A stretch of 64,000 nt of DNA from the human T2T-CHM13v2.0 reference genome, Homo sapiens. The notes under the pieces were generated by a model. The model was given only the letters and a program-made list of their open reading frames with translations, ran no database searches and had not been told where the DNA came from. The DNA is taken from NCBI RefSeq assembly GCF_009914755.1, contig NC_060935.1; one strand, given 5' to 3'. The translations under genes were made by a program, and so were the position numbers. Shown piece after piece: positions 39,741 through 55,110 of this stretch; position 1 is the stretch's first letter, and every line of letters begins with the position of its first letter.

Positions 39741-40062
39741 GTCGGGCACGGTGCCTCACGCTTGTAATCTCAGCATTTTGGGAGGCCGAGGCGTGCGGAT
39801 CACCTGAGGTAGGGGATTTGGAGACCAGCCTGACCAACCTGGAGAAATCCCGTCTCTACTAAAATTACAGAATTAGCCGGGTATGGTGGTGCAGCATGCT
39901 GTAATTCCAGCTACTCAGGGGCTGAGGAGAATCGCTTGAACCCGCGAGGCGGAAGTTGCGGTGAGCCGAGATCGCACCATTGCACTTCAGCCTGGGCAAC
40001 AAGAGCCAAACTCTGTCCCCCTCCCCCCCCCCCCCCAAAAAAAAGAGAAAAAGGAAAAGGAA
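39741..40062 (+). mobile_element. AluSp following the previous Alu tail, with a poly-C run before its own tail
   Basis: cctgaccaac-tggagaaa, gttgcggtgagccg and ggcaacaagag diagnostics. Confidence 0.88.
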
Positions 40063-41562
40063 GCATATAAAATGTAATGGAGTGGTCACAGGGTAGACAT
40101 CTGTGAACAGTATCTGTGTTAGGGCAAGAAACAAGCAAATAAAAAATGTAACATATAGTCCAGATAGTAAGCGCAAAGCTATGTATTTAACAATGTTTGT
40201 TGTTAAATAACTAGTTATGTTTTTGAAATCATCTTCCCCAAGTAGATACGAAAATATGAAGCATTTAAAAGTAACCTGTTTTAAAATATTATAAGAAAAT
40301 CACATTGCAGTTTTTAAAGTGTCTGAAGATTCCACAGATCTCACTAAATCGGAGAGAATTCAGTGAAAGTTTTCTTGTGTGTGTTTGTAAATTGGCATTA
40401 AAAAGAACATGATGCAAAAAGTATAAATCTCTCATATCCAGCAATAATGATGAATTTCTCTCCACATATTAGCTCTCACAGTATGAGCCAAAGTTCATAT
40501 TTTGTATTATTATGTCATTTCTAAGCTTCTCCATTTCTATTGCTGTTATATAAATTTAATGGAGGCTGCCCTAGTGGTATGAGCTTTTTCCCCCTTTAAA
40601 TCTAAGAAAGCTACTTATATGGTATCAGATTGCTAAGCCCTCTATCGCTCTTAACAGAGATATAAATATAGAAGGAAAAATGATTAACAGTTATTCCATA
40701 TCTACCTCAAAGGGAAATTTGTGAGGTTTAATTGGGTAATGTCTGCAAAGTGTTTCAATTCCTAAGAGAAAATAGTACATAAGCATAAGGGGAAAAGGCA
40801 CCACAGTAAAATTAGACTGCGTTAGTAGCAATAAAGGTAGGTTTTAGTTTGAATTCTGACAGACTAGCAGTAGGATACTGTTTTGAATTGCTCTAAATCT
40901 CTATTTCAAATGTAATCAGCAAACACTCATAAAACTGAGCTATTATGGAAAGTATAAGAGATTGATAGAGGGAGAAGAGCATAAGTTCAAGTTTTTGCTC
41001 CTTCTTATCAATTGAGAGTTGGTAAGCCTGTCATGGAAACTCTCAGACCCACAGTTTTCTCAGCTATAAAATAATGCAGTCTCTTTCTACTTCACAGACA
41101 TTCTGTGAGGATTATACATTTTAAAAAGTTAAGTAAAAATGGTTAGAAATATTTAACATGATCTCTGTTTGCTTAAAAAATATTTGCCATTAATGGGATA
41201 GCTCAAAACAAGGAATGTTAAGTATATTTATTCTAAAAAATAAATAGAGTTTATGTTTATCTTTTTTTTTAAGTTTTTTTTTTTTATTTTGAGAGAGTCT
41301 GGGTCCCAGATGGTGAGTTTAACATAACATTTGCCAGATGTATTTCTATCCCTCCCTTTCAGCATGACTTCACAGAGAATGACGATGATCTTTTTCTGAT
41401 CTTATGGATCTTTAAATAAAGACATTCACCATATGTGGCTTGGATTAAATTAGACAAGGAAAAGTCCCAAGAAGAAAAACGTGTATCTTCACTCACCCCT
41501 AGTCAGCACCATACACATGACTACCCTGCTTAACAATTGCAAATTATCAACTGTAGTCAATC

Positions 41563-41875
41563 CTCTATCCTAGCACTTGGGGAGGTCAAGGTGGAAGGAT
41601 TGGTTGACCCCAGGAGTTCAAAACCAACCTGGGCAACATGGCAAGAACCATCACCCACTTCTCTACCAAAAAATTAAAAATTAAAAATTAGCCAGGCATG
41701 GTTGTATGTGCATATGTGCCCAGCTACCTGGGAGGCTGAGGTGGGAGGATCCCTGAAGCCCAGGAAGTCGAGCTGCAGTGAGACATGATTGTGCCTCTGC
41801 ATTCCAGCCTGGGTGACAGAGTGAAACCTTGTGTCGATAAATAAATAAACAAATAAATAAAATAAAAATAAATAA
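41563..41875 (+). mobile_element. AluJ (5' clipped)
   Basis: gaggtgggaggatc...cccaggaagtcgagctgcagtgag; (TAAA)n tail. Confidence 0.87.
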
Positions 41876-43438
41876 GAGCTGAACTTTTAAAAAAAATTTT
41901 ATATACAAGTTTCTTGATAATAAAAAACCATAAACAATAGAGTGTGAATTATACTTTACTATTAGTTACAATTTATACTATGCAGTTATGATTTTAACAT
42001 GTGTTCCATAGAAGCAGTGGCTGTCCTGTATCTATTAATATTTTTCTTTAGATTACTAGCTGTCTTTTCACATTGCACATACAAATTAAATATTTTTTGA
42101 ATGAATGATGAAATGAAGGATCTGTGTGATCATTTCATCCCACTTCCACTCCTACTACCTAGTCTGAGCTTACATCATGTTTTACCTAGGATACTTTAAT
42201 AATCTTCTAAATGGTCTCTCCATTTCTAACTGTAATTTGTACCTTTATAAACTATTAAATATGTGTGAAAACATTTTAAAATTATTTTTAAATATTTTAA
42301 TTATTAAACTATGTGTATAAACTTTAAATTATTAAATGTTTCTGTCAAACCTTTTGACATTTCCTCATTTGTATCATATACTTTTACCTATTCTTATCTA
42401 TTTTACATATTTTTTATTTCCCTATGATTTTTTAAAATGTAAATATTTTTATTTTGGTTTTTGGTCACTAACCTGTGTTCTATGTCAAATAATACATTTT
42501 TGTTCTAAATTTCAGTTGTAGTTGTTCAATTTTACAATAAAATTTTGCTCTTCTTATTGATTCAATTTTTCTGTAAAATTCTACATATCACTGATTTGTC
42601 TAATTTTCTTATAAAAATTAATCATGGTTATTTTACGTCAATTTCTGCTAACTGCAGTATCTAAATGATCATTGAATCAGCTTCTAACATTCTCGTGATT
42701 ATATCATATTTGCTTGTCTCTCCACATTATTACTTTTATTTTATCAGCTATTTTGTATGAAAAGGAATACAAAACACCCAGATATCATGTTTCAACAGAG
42801 ATCATTTGATTGACAGGATTGGGGCTGGCAGCTGCAATCTGCATCTGACTTGACCTTTGCAAATTATGCTTTCATTGAGTTTTGTATGAGTATGGAAGGG
42901 TTTAATTTATAAATTCTAAAAGCCTTTGAAAATTCTTAAATAATTATGTTTGAACGTTACTTCTGCCCTATTACTTCTTTCCTCTTCATCCTGAGAGTGG
43001 AAAACACAGCTCTGCCATTGAGATATTTTCCAGCTCATTTCTCAAGTCTCATATCATAACTAGTTTTAAAATATGGCAAATGTTTTCAGGTAGAAAAGCT
43101 TTTACTCAGAAAAAAGGCCCATAATCTGGTGGGCTTTTTAGTTTTGTTTTGGTAAGAGCACCACAAGACTGCAGGAAATTTTACTCTTGCTTTGGATGTA
43201 TAGACCTACGTACACCTTCTAGACCCATCTGCAAAAACAAAAATCTAAAAAAAAAATTAAAAAATTCTATTAGGGAAAACAGGCTCCACTTTTTTGTTGC
43301 CTCAATTTTCCCATTTGTTGTTTTAGCCACATACAATTACTAAAACTCTTGATAGTTTTGTTTTTTCTGTCTAGCAACATTTTTACATCTGGGCCACCAA
43401 AATTCTCTCCTTGATTTCAATTATACTGATTCTCCCAG

Positions 43439-43881
43439 TGTTACTGAAACACCAGATGTTTGGTCTAGGTCCTGCTGCTCAGAGCACAGAAAGCCTATCA
43501 CTGAGGCGACAGTTATTGCAAGGAAGAAGGCTTTAATCCAGTGCTGCAGCCAAGGAGATGGGAGCTCAGTCTCAAATCCATCTCCCCACTGCTAAAACCA
43601 GGAGTTTATATAGCAGGGAAGAAATGAAACAATGTGTAAGAAATCAGGAACTAGGGAGGGGCAAAGATGCAATCATGATAAAGTGTCAGGCATCTCATTA
43701 TCAGGTTATGGTGATCTGCTGAGTTTCAGTTCTTTGATACTTTTTTTGAGAGGTCTGAAGGTCCTTTCCTGAGGGAAAAACTTAGATAAAACAAATGTTA
43801 AGTTTTGAGGTTTAAGACCGGAAGAGTCCATTTCTATGCTTATCTAAAGGAACAGTCTAGGGGACTTTTGGGTCAGTTTCA
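43439..43881 (-). mobile_element. LOR1b-like ERV1 solo LTR
   Basis: Minus strand starts tgaaactgacccaaaagtcccctagactg...aaagtatcaaagaactgaaactcagcagatcacc; 4-bp TSD CCAG. Confidence 0.8.
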
Positions 43882-44725
43882 CCAGGGTGAAAATGGCTGA
43901 TGATAACAAACGCAAAAATAAATGAGAAATGAAGACAAAATTGCTCGTAAACTGTATAGATCTCTTTGAATTCAGAACACTGTTTTTCTTTTTAGTTCTC
44001 TTAGATGATGTGTCACTAGAAAAGAAAAAAGACCAAATAAATCATCATGTGCTATACTCTGACAATCTTCGTTTGACTTTTCCATACGTATTTAATAACT
44101 CAGTAATTTTCATATTACCATGATTATCTGGACCCATGCTTTTTCCATAACAATAGCAAGTAATCTTTTGGCATCATTAGTAGTATTTAACACTAAATAA
44201 ATACTTACAACAGCAGTTGAATAATTTCCCTTCACCTAATTATTTTAATCCTTATTAAAGTGATGTATTTTAATGTATTTTTATCCTCTCCCCCTGCATC
44301 TTTTCAGTGGTATTGCTATGATAGACGAACATTACATTATCATAATCCATAAGATAAAAATTATTTGAAGAGGTAGAATTATACATAGCTCTGACCTAAA
44401 AACATGTCTTGGGATTTTTCCCCCAGTCCTCGATATGAATTAAATTTAAAGTTATAATAGGTTATAAAATGTATGGTTTTCCCTCCTGTATAATTAACTA
44501 TGTTAGACATTCAGAGAATAGAGTTAGTCAAGACACTGGTAGGGTATTAAAACAAGACTCAGATATTTAAATACAAGTCTGGACTTTTGTCTCAACACCA
44601 CTTTGTTCAGTTACCTGAAATAAAAAAAAATTCTCTTTGTCTCTTATTTAATTTTCTATAAATCAGAAAAGCTAATACCCTATCGTTCTTCTATTTATAA
44701 TAAGGCATAAAATAATGAAGACTTG

Positions 44726-46029
44726 TGTGTCCGAAATTTGTGGGTTTTTGGTCTCACTGACTTCAAGAATGAAGCTGTGGACCCTCGCGGTGTTACAGTT
44801 CTTAAAAATGGTGTGTCCGGAGTTTGTTCTTTCAGATGTGTCCAAAGTTTCTTCCCTCCAGTGGGTTCCTGGTCTCGCTGGCTTCAGGAGTGAAGCTGCA
44901 GACTTGTTGTGCACGTTACAGTTCTTACACGTGGCGCGCCTGGAGTTGCTCATTCCTCCCCTGGGGATTCATGGTCTCGCTGGCTTCAACGCTGAAGCTG
45001 CAGACCTTCACAGTGATTGCTACAGCTCATAAAGGCTGCACAGACTCAAAGAGCGAGCAGCAACAAAATTTAGTGTGAAGAGTGAAAGAACAAAGCTTCC
45101 ACAGTCTGGAACAGCACGGGAGCAGACTGCAGCTGCCGGCTCAGCTGCCTGCTTTTATTCCCTTATCTGGCCCCACCCACTTTCTGCTGATTGGTTCATT
45201 TTACAGAGAGCTGATTGGTCCATTTTACAGAGAGCTGATTGGTCCATTTTACAGAGCGCTGATTGGTCCATTTTTGACAGGGTGCTGATTGGTGCATTTA
45301 CAATCCCTGAGCTAGACACAGAGTGCTAATTGGTGCATTTACAATCCTCTAGCTAGACATAAAAGTTCTCCAAGTCCCCACCCAACTCAGGAGCCCAGCT
45401 GGCTTTGCCTAGTGGATCCTGCGCTGGGGCTGCAGGCAGAGCTGCCTGCCAGTCCCATACTGTGCACCAGCACTCCTCAGCCTTTGGGCGGTGGATAGGA
45501 CTAGGTGCTGTGGAGCAGGGGGCAGTGCCTGTCAGGGAGGCTTCAGCCATGTGGGAGCTCTTGGGGGGAGGGGGCAGGCACCTTGGGCATGGCGGGCTGC
45601 CAGGCAGACCCCTGCCCCGTGGGGAGGCAATTGAGGCCCAGCGAGAATTCGAGCACTGCATGGGTGGGCCCGTGGTGCTGGGGGACCCGGCACACCCTCC
45701 ACAGCTGTTGGTCTGGGTTCTAAGGTCCTCACTGCCTGGGGCTAGCGGTGCTGGCCAGCCACTCTGAGTGCGGGGCCCACCGAGCCCACACCCACCCAGA
45801 CCTTGTCCTGGCCTGCGAGCGCCACGCGCAGCCCCAGTTCCCGTCTGCACCTCTCCCTCCACTCCTGCCCAGAAGCAGAGGGAGCGGGCTCTGGCCTAGG
45901 CCAGCCCAGAGAGGGGCTCCCGCAGTGCAGTGGTGGGCTGAAGGGCTCCTCAAGCATGGCCAGAGTGAACACCGAGGCCAAGGAGGTGCTGAGAGCGAGC
46001 GAGGGCTGTTAGCACGTTGTCTCCTCTCA
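44726..46029 (-). mobile_element. LTR12 (HERV9) solo LTR, LTR12D/E-like
   Basis: GC-rich U3, tandem gctgattgg repeats, U5 repeats (ggtctcgctggcttcaggagtgaagctgcagac); ttgtg at both ends. Confidence 0.95.
45148..45335 (-). promoter_or_regulatory. LTR12 promoter: six CCAAT boxes plus AATAAA TATA-like box
   Basis: ATTGG at 45190, 45214, 45238, 45262, 45288, 45329; gggaataaaagcagg on - strand at 45148-45162. Confidence 0.75.
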
Positions 46030-47545
46030 TTGTGACTATGACAGTTATGCAGAGCATTATAGCACTGAAAGAGGAGAAATGTTTAAAAAAAATTAAAAAA
46101 AATTATGTGGATATACACACATATGAATATATACATACATATTTCTAAAAATTAATATTAAAAGAATGAAATGGAAAAATAATGAAAAAATCTTGAATAG
46201 TTCCAAAAGCACATAATTTAATTAAAATTATCTAAAAAATGATTTGAGACTTGTAAATACACTACAGATTATTGCATGCTTTTGTAGTGCAGTACCGTAT
46301 TTGTAACTTTGGTGGTTTTACCAGTTGGCGCACTATTTTGCAGGTCTGTATAGGGTCAGAGATTATCTTTTATATGTTCACCTTGAAAAGTGCAAATATT
46401 TCCTGCCATTGTAAAGATAAAACTCAAAAGATTATTGATTTTTGTCCTGTTGGACATGAATCCGTTTTATAGAAATCTAGCATTTATACCCTAATACATG
46501 TTTATTAAACCTCCTATAAATATCCAACTACTAAAATGCTCTTTAAACTGGTTTTAACATCTTACCTGTTCCCTCATCAACACATTATTTAAATACAAAT
46601 TTGCTGCATGTTCACTTTATATTTGCATTTTTGGATGTCCTGTTGAGTAGCCCAAATGGACATATTTAATGGAGTCAAGTAATTTACATTATGGGCTGCT
46701 TAAGTTCAGGCCCTTTTTTTCTTTCCTGATTTCCAGAGGAAAACCCAAGAAACACAGAATTTTTATTTCACGAACCGTAGTCTTTCCTTCTCTACCCCTA
46801 CTGATTTTGTTTTATTTTTTGCTGCTAGTTTACTCATATTAGTAACTTATTTCCCAATGATGGCATGATTCAGAATTTGGTTTTTAGTTTGATAATTTGG
46901 AGATTTCTGTAAGTGAATGATGAAGATCTATACTCTACTGGGTAAAAGATGACACAAAATATAGTTCTGAGTCTTTTTGTGTCAATTTATCAACTGAAAT
47001 TAATTAAGGAAACTTTTTTTGCCCAGTTAGAATAATTTTTTGATAGATTAGTGAATTTTTACAGATTTTGTTTGTTTTCTTTTTCCTTTTTTTTCTTTTG
47101 ATATGTGACAGAAATTGTAGAATGGAAATTGCAGACATTACATGTTTCTGTTTGTCTCTTTGTCTACAACTCAGAAAGCTTAGTGCAAAGTCTTTTTCTA
47201 CCTATGGAGAGTATTTATCAATTAATACTTTGTATCTCTTCAATTAAAATGGTATTATAAGTTTATAGAAATAAGTTACTGGTTATGTCTTTTCTCTGAT
47301 TTATTAATATAGAGTATAATATAAAAATGAACTTTATAGTTTCAGTCTTATTTAGAATTGCTTCTTAATAAATAGACTAATCTTGAGTTTCTAATCTTAT
47401 ACCAGTTTTCTGATCAAAATAATAAGCTTTATCCTAGTATAAGCTTTCAAATTATAAAAAAATGTAAATTTTGTTCAACAAAATTGAATTTTAACTTTAT
47501 GAATATTTTTATTTGAGCAATCATTTATTTTATATATATATATAT

Positions 47546-47827
47546 TTTTTTTGAGATAGGGTCTTGTCCTGTCACACAGGATGGAATGCAGTGGCAGAAT
47601 CACAGCTCTCTGTAACCTCAAACTCCTGGACCCCAGCGACCCTCCTGCCTAAGCCTCCCAAGTAGCTGGAACTACAGGTGTGTACCACCATGCCCGTCTA
47701 GATATTTAAATTTTTTGTAGAGATAAGGTCTTGCGCTGTTTCTCAGGCTGGCCTAGAACTCCTGGCCTCAGTGATGTTCCTGTCTTAGCCTCCCAAAGTT
47801 CTGGGATAACAGGCGTGAGCCACCATG
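47546..47827 (-). mobile_element. AluJ
   Basis: gagatagggtcttg...atcacagctctctgtaacctcaaactcctgg. Confidence 0.88.
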
Positions 47828-48540
47828 AGCTATCATATTTTTAATGCGTTAACATGAACATTATTTCCAAATCTTTTGGTAACTTAAAACCTTGAATGAG
47901 TATTTAATGACTACCCTTCAGATAACTACGTAATATCTAAGTAATTCAGAAGGTTGAAATATTTATTGGTAATTTCTATATATAATATCTTCATGTTATG
48001 AAATTACTATTTACTGGGTCATAGGAAAGCAGATGTTTACTTTTGCCACCTAAAAATGTGTAAGGGAAAGTTGTGCTTTGGGTATTCATGCATTTTGCTA
48101 GTTTGCTAATATATTTGTATATGGTGAGCAGTTCTCAATTATTTACTACTGAATTTTGTCCATGAAATAAAGTTACTATAATACCTTCCTAAAAAGTTAT
48201 AATTGATATAGTGGTTGATATTACCTAGAAACAATAGTGACTTAGAAACATCACCACATATGCTGAGTAATAAGGTGAGTTTTATTTTGTAAGAAAAAGG
48301 AAAAGCCATTTTGCTCTAAAGTGTTAACTTTGTTCTGAAATATAAAAACATAATGAAAGACAAAATTGGAGAGTGTATAGAAAGTTGTAGAATAGTGAGG
48401 GGGGTAATATTTTTTATCTTGTTTTTTAATACCTCAGTCGGTGAAGATGCTATTGTTTTAACTTTCCCACAAAGTTCACTCACTTTTAATGATCTGTATT
48501 AAAAATTTAAGAACAAAAAAGGACTCCATGACAAACTTTG

Positions 48541-48586
48541 CTCTCAAATAGTAAATTACTTCACTCTCAAATAGTAAATTAGTTCA
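48541..48586. repeat. 23-bp tandem duplication
   Basis: ctctcaaatagtaaatta(c/g)ttca x2. Confidence 0.9.
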
Positions 48587-48603
48587 AAATAAGAATTTGG
48601 CTT

Positions 48604-48918
48604 ATTTTGTTTCTCTTTTGTTGTTCCTGAGACAGAGTGTCCCTGTGTCATCCCGGCTGGAATGCAGTGGAGTGATCTCTGCTCACTTCAGTCCAGTGCC
48701 TCCTAGATTCAAGTGATCCTTGTGCCTTGGCCTCCTGAGTATTTGGGATTACAGGCGTGTGTCACCATAACTGGCTAATTTTTGTATTTTTTGTAGAAAG
48801 AGAGTTTTGCCATGTTGGCCAGGCTGGTGTTAAACTCCTGATAAGTGATCTGCCCGCCTTGGTCTCTCAATGTGCTGTTATTACAGGCACAGGCATGAGC
48901 CACTGCTCGGGGCCTGGC
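48604..48918 (-). mobile_element. Alu (old S/J)
   Basis: Full dimer, antisense. Confidence 0.88.
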
Positions 48919-48953
48919 TTTTTCTTTGTTTGTTTGTTTGTTTGTTTGTTTTA

Positions 48954-49297
<344 letters not shown>

Positions 49298-51037
49298 ACA
49301 TTAATCCTAGAGCTATTCATTAGGGGATGTAAATGATAATACTTTATTTTCTATGTGATCTCTCTAGAAGAATAATTTTTACTGCTTGTGTTGATTTTAT
49401 TATTCCTTTCATTATTTATAAAAACAAATAAAAAATCCCCAAAATACAGGAGAACAAATGTTCCTTGATTATCAGAACTAAATTTTCTGACATTTATGCT
49501 GCCTTCTTCTTTTTATTTAAATTTTTTTGTCATTTTGATTATCATCATAACTTCCCATCCACTCATTATTCTGAGTCAAATGATCACATCTCTTCTAACA
49601 ACTTTTAATTTTGCCTTTTTAATATCAGAAACTATATTCAGAAAATAAAAAAACTTTGCACCAAAAATTGCCTTTGAAATTTCCCAGAAGTTCTTGAAAT
49701 CACAAGGATTTATTATTTTACATTATGAAAAGAAGCACTAAAAATATTCCATATGTATGCAACATATATTATCTCATCACTGCTGGAAGGGCTGCTTGGT
49801 AGGAATTGTGAAATCAGAAGAGATGCCCAGCCTTTGCTTGTTAACTTCATCCAGATGATATGTTATTAAAGTGAATACTTCAGAAATTGTACGCATCATG
49901 GAAGAGCACTGGATATTTCCCATGCGTTTACTCTACCTACTGTGCTCTTACCTTTGGGGAAACATGGATCACACCATTAATAAATAGTTATGAATTGTAA
50001 TTCAAAGAGGATTTTATACTCCTCGAGTTTTTATACTTGGTTACTGAAATAAATTAATCACAGCTCTTTAGTCTTATTATCAAACATATATCTGCTTTCC
50101 TATATATTCCCTGCCGCAGTTTAGAAGCTAAGTGTTCAACAAATAAAAATATTCCCAGAGTTCTATGGAAATAATAGTATCAAGTTGCTTAAAATACTCT
50201 TGCTTCAAAGAATGAAAACTTTTGTACAAGCTACTGAGCTGACATTTTTTATACGTTGACTGTACCACTGATCTCTGTATCTTAGGATTTTTAGTTCAGA
50301 AACAGAGAATGCTGACCCAACACCTAGGGAGCAACATCAAATTATACAAAATTGAATGAACTAATTAAAGAAATGTAATACTTGTTTTTTGTTTGAAATG
50401 TTGTTGGCAATGTTTTTATTCTTCTGTTGGTACCTGATACTCAACACCTCTGTTTTCATAGGTGGTAAGAAAGTTCATAAGCCTTAACAAATTTGGAGGA
50501 CCTCAGAAAGAGTAGAATTCATTCAAATTAGATGTCCTGTGGGTCAAAACGAATAGAGCATTTGTATTCAGTTTTTTAGCCTCAGTATATAAGAGCAAAT
50601 GATACAGAAGTTCAATCTAAGATTCCTTATGAAAATTTGTAAATGAAAGTTAGTTCTCTGGTACTGGTTAATACAACACAGGATGCTCAATGAAGCCTAT
50701 GTAATTAACACTTTGGTTGGACCTATATATGTAATAATCCAACCAAACATAATGAAACGAGTCTTACTATAATTCATAAAAATCTTCGGAGATTATCAAC
50801 CAAAGGGTGGTGGAAAATTATTAGAAAAATTGTTAGAAGCTTGGAAATAATCAAAAGAGATTACCAGTTATTTATTTAGGGCATTACTGGTCTTGTACCT
50901 TTGGTTGCTTTACTGTTGACTTTACAGTTCTGTTGCTTCACAGTTCTGTAAGGGCAGAGTTTATTTTGTAGATAATTTTCAAGTAAAAAACAAATTATTT
51001 CTGTCTGGTGGAAATATACTTTTAAAGATTACAATGT

Positions 51038-51499
<462 letters not shown>

Positions 51500-51609
51500 C
51501 TACTGCTTCCCCCATCAATTAACGAGTAAAATAAAATAGCTGACATACATTCACTATATAATTCCATGAGTCATTTTTTAAACTCTTAATATCTTATCAT
51601 TAGATAACA

Positions 51610-52870
51610 ACAAATTAAAAGCACATTGTTAAAGAGAAACACCACAAAGAGTGATGGTCAATAAAAAAATATTGTAAATGCCAAATGTTGGCAAGAATGG
51701 AGACACTGAAAATCTCATACACAATTTATGGAAGAATAAATTAGTAACCACTTAGGAAAATATTGGCATACCTACCAAAGCTCAGCATATATAAATCTTA
51801 TGAACGAGCAACTTTATATACACATAGGTATATAAAATAAGCAAATAAATAAATATTTATGAGGGGGTGTATATATGTGTGTATATTTATATATATAGAA
51901 TACTTATATATTCAACATATGTGCAAACATATAATGCTGAGAGAAGCCAGACACAAAAGTTCACACTCTATAATTCCATTTGTATTTAGTGCAAAAGTAA
52001 TCAAAATTATTCTATGCTGTTAGAAATCAGAATGGTAGGATGGGTTGCTGGAAAAGAGCATTAAGGAGACATCTGGAGTACTGACAATTTCTTTGGCATG
52101 TTCAATTTGTAAACATTTTTGGGCTAGATACACAAAGCACGAACTTTTTCCATATATATATTAGATATTAGTGAAAGTATGTGTATAAGGTAATTATATA
52201 TAGTGTGTGTATATTTATATATATACACACACAGAGTAATATTTCTATGTCTCTATATTTTCACCTCTATCTCTCCACCTGTCAAATTTGATGGTTAGCA
52301 TAGTGAGCAACTCACTACTGTTGGATGTTTCAGAAGATCCATAAACTGTGGCAGTCAGAGAAAAAGTGAATTTAATATTAACATGGTTATCAAATTATGC
52401 TCTAAAACTCAATAAGAGTTGCCAAATATCCACACGTTGACTTTTGGTCTGAAAATTCATACTTCTGAGAATTTATCCTAAAGACAAATATGAATACATA
52501 AAAATGATATGTGTAAAGGGTATCTATTGCAGCAGTGCTTATCAGAGTGAAAGATTAGAAACTATTGATATAAAAAGCTTTTAAATATATATTAGTGAAA
52601 AAAGCAAAGTTTAGAACACAGTATGTAACAGGTTATATTTTGTGTAAAAATAGGATGACAAAAATATGAATATATTCTTATATTTGCACAATAACTCTTT
52701 AAAGTATGTATAAGAAATTAATACAATGGGAGATTTATAGGGATTTAGAAGAAAAATATGATTAGAACACAATTGATAGTAAAACATCTATAGCTCTATC
52801 TTTAATACATACAACTGGAATTTGAGTTCTGGGAATGTATTACCTTTCAAAGATGTAAAATTTTAAACAA
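51610..52870 (+). mobile_element. Fragmented very old L1 (L1ME-like) with TA-rich microsatellites
   Basis: ccaaatgttggcaagaatggagacactgaaaatctcatacac; agaagccagacacaaaag; acttctgagaatttatcctaaaga. Confidence 0.6.
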
Positions 52871-54706
52871 ATAAAGCAAATATGAGATTTATATTAAAAT
52901 CAGCAGCCCACTCTATGACAAAATCTGAAAGTGCTCGGTTGTAAGGTCAGGAGTTTTTATCCTGTTGTATAACAGAGTAGAATGTTGTGGGTCTCTATGA
53001 AAAGGCTTCAGGTAAAATACGATATTCAGGAACCTATGTACCAACAACAAGTAATACGAATATGGTGGCCTCAAACTGCAGCATGGGTAACAGAAACTTC
53101 AAAATTTGTTTTAACATTCTATTCTATATTAATTAAATTGTGAGTTCCTTAGGGGTATTGCCTTTTTATATAATTCATTTCATTTCTGATATTTCTATGT
53201 CATGTTAGCCTTTTAAGTTTGTATATTCTGTTTATGATAACTCATAGGCTAGAATATTGATAATAAAACACTTAACATATGATTACATTGCATGTGTCAA
53301 ACACTGTGAAAATCAATTTAAGTGGATTAGCTTATTTAAAAATTTCAGTAATTATTTGTGGAGAGTTTTAGAGTGTCTGTGTTACAGAAAACCAATTTTA
53401 GAGCTGTCAAGGTTGACAACGAAGACTTAACACAGAGAATATCAAGCTCTCCCTGTTTTTCTGCCTCTTAAGCAGATTGGCTTCCTTGGTCAAGTTTTCA
53501 AGGTGTCTTTTGCACCTCTAATCATTACATTCAGCATTCCAGACAGAAAGAAAAACAAAAGAGAAGGGAAATATTGGAATGCTTTCTCCTCCTTCTTTTA
53601 TAAGAAAAGCAAAAACTCTCCCAAACTTTCTGCAAAGAAGAATTTTCTTACTTCTTATTGGCCAGAAGCAAAGTACATGTACACGCGTAGACAGCTGTAT
53701 ACCTTAAGTGAGTTATTGATGAATGGTCATCAAGCGAGGGGAGGGTGGGTTTTGTAGCATAATTTAGCACACTTTTGAAAAGTTATTTGAAATGAATTTC
53801 AAAGGCATAGTGTAAAACAATTTCAATTTGTATTCAGTAAAATATTAACAGTGTATCTTTTTTTTTCTAACTACTGATGTGTAGTAATGACTATGAAGGG
53901 ACTGATTTCTACATGAGGGAGCCATTTCCATTAAAACTGATCTCACAGATAAAATGCTAAGCACATCAGGAAATCCACAGATCTGAAAGAAATTCAAAAT
54001 TTGAAAAAAATGGGAAAATTAAAAGGGGAGGAAACATAGATATAAAAGCATGTTGAAAGGGATTTTAAAACAGGTTGTGATTAAAATGTTCAAAGAGTAA
54101 AAGGAAGTAATAGAATAAGTGAGTATGTGTAACTTGTTCAAGGTTATATAATTTCAAATGATCTAAATTCAAACTCAGATCATTATGATTTCACAGCCTC
54201 CTCTTTTTAAAATTTTTTGTTTTAATCCATGCTACCTTGTCTACTTATATTCTAATACTATTATACTATTTGGCTAAAGCATGTGGCTCAAAGAGACTTA
54301 TTTAGTTCTGTGGCACTTCTAAGTCTGATTCTCCCATATACTGACCTAATGGCCTGGGGTAAGGTGACAGTATCTCTGGGATTCAGACTCATATTCATAA
54401 TACCTACAACACAGGGCAAGGAGAAAGATGAATAAGAGTGATATGAAAATAATCTGGGTTCTAAACAGTGACAGCACAAAACTCAGTCATTTTATGATAG
54501 ATGCATGCACTCAATTAAAAAAAATCTGGATGAAATGTAGGTTTAATAGCAATTCTTGGAAAACAGAATATTTACTTTTGGAAGTTGATTGGCATTTTTC
54601 TTGTATTGCAAATTATTGCACATTGGAATTACTGGGGTGGGGAAAGAGGGTATTGACTGCTACTTACTGGTTTGTTGCTATTATTTTGCATTTTAAAAGC
54701 AGGTGA

Positions 54707-55110
<404 letters not shown>

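Noticed and set aside
45186-45360. Regular ~24-bp repeats resembling a CRISPR array
   Set aside because: Tandem units without unique spacers, standard LTR12 CCAAT repeats, eukaryotic context, no cas genes
44672-46035. Dense overlapping ORFs on both strands
   Set aside because: By-product of GC-rich LTR12 sequence; no coding signature
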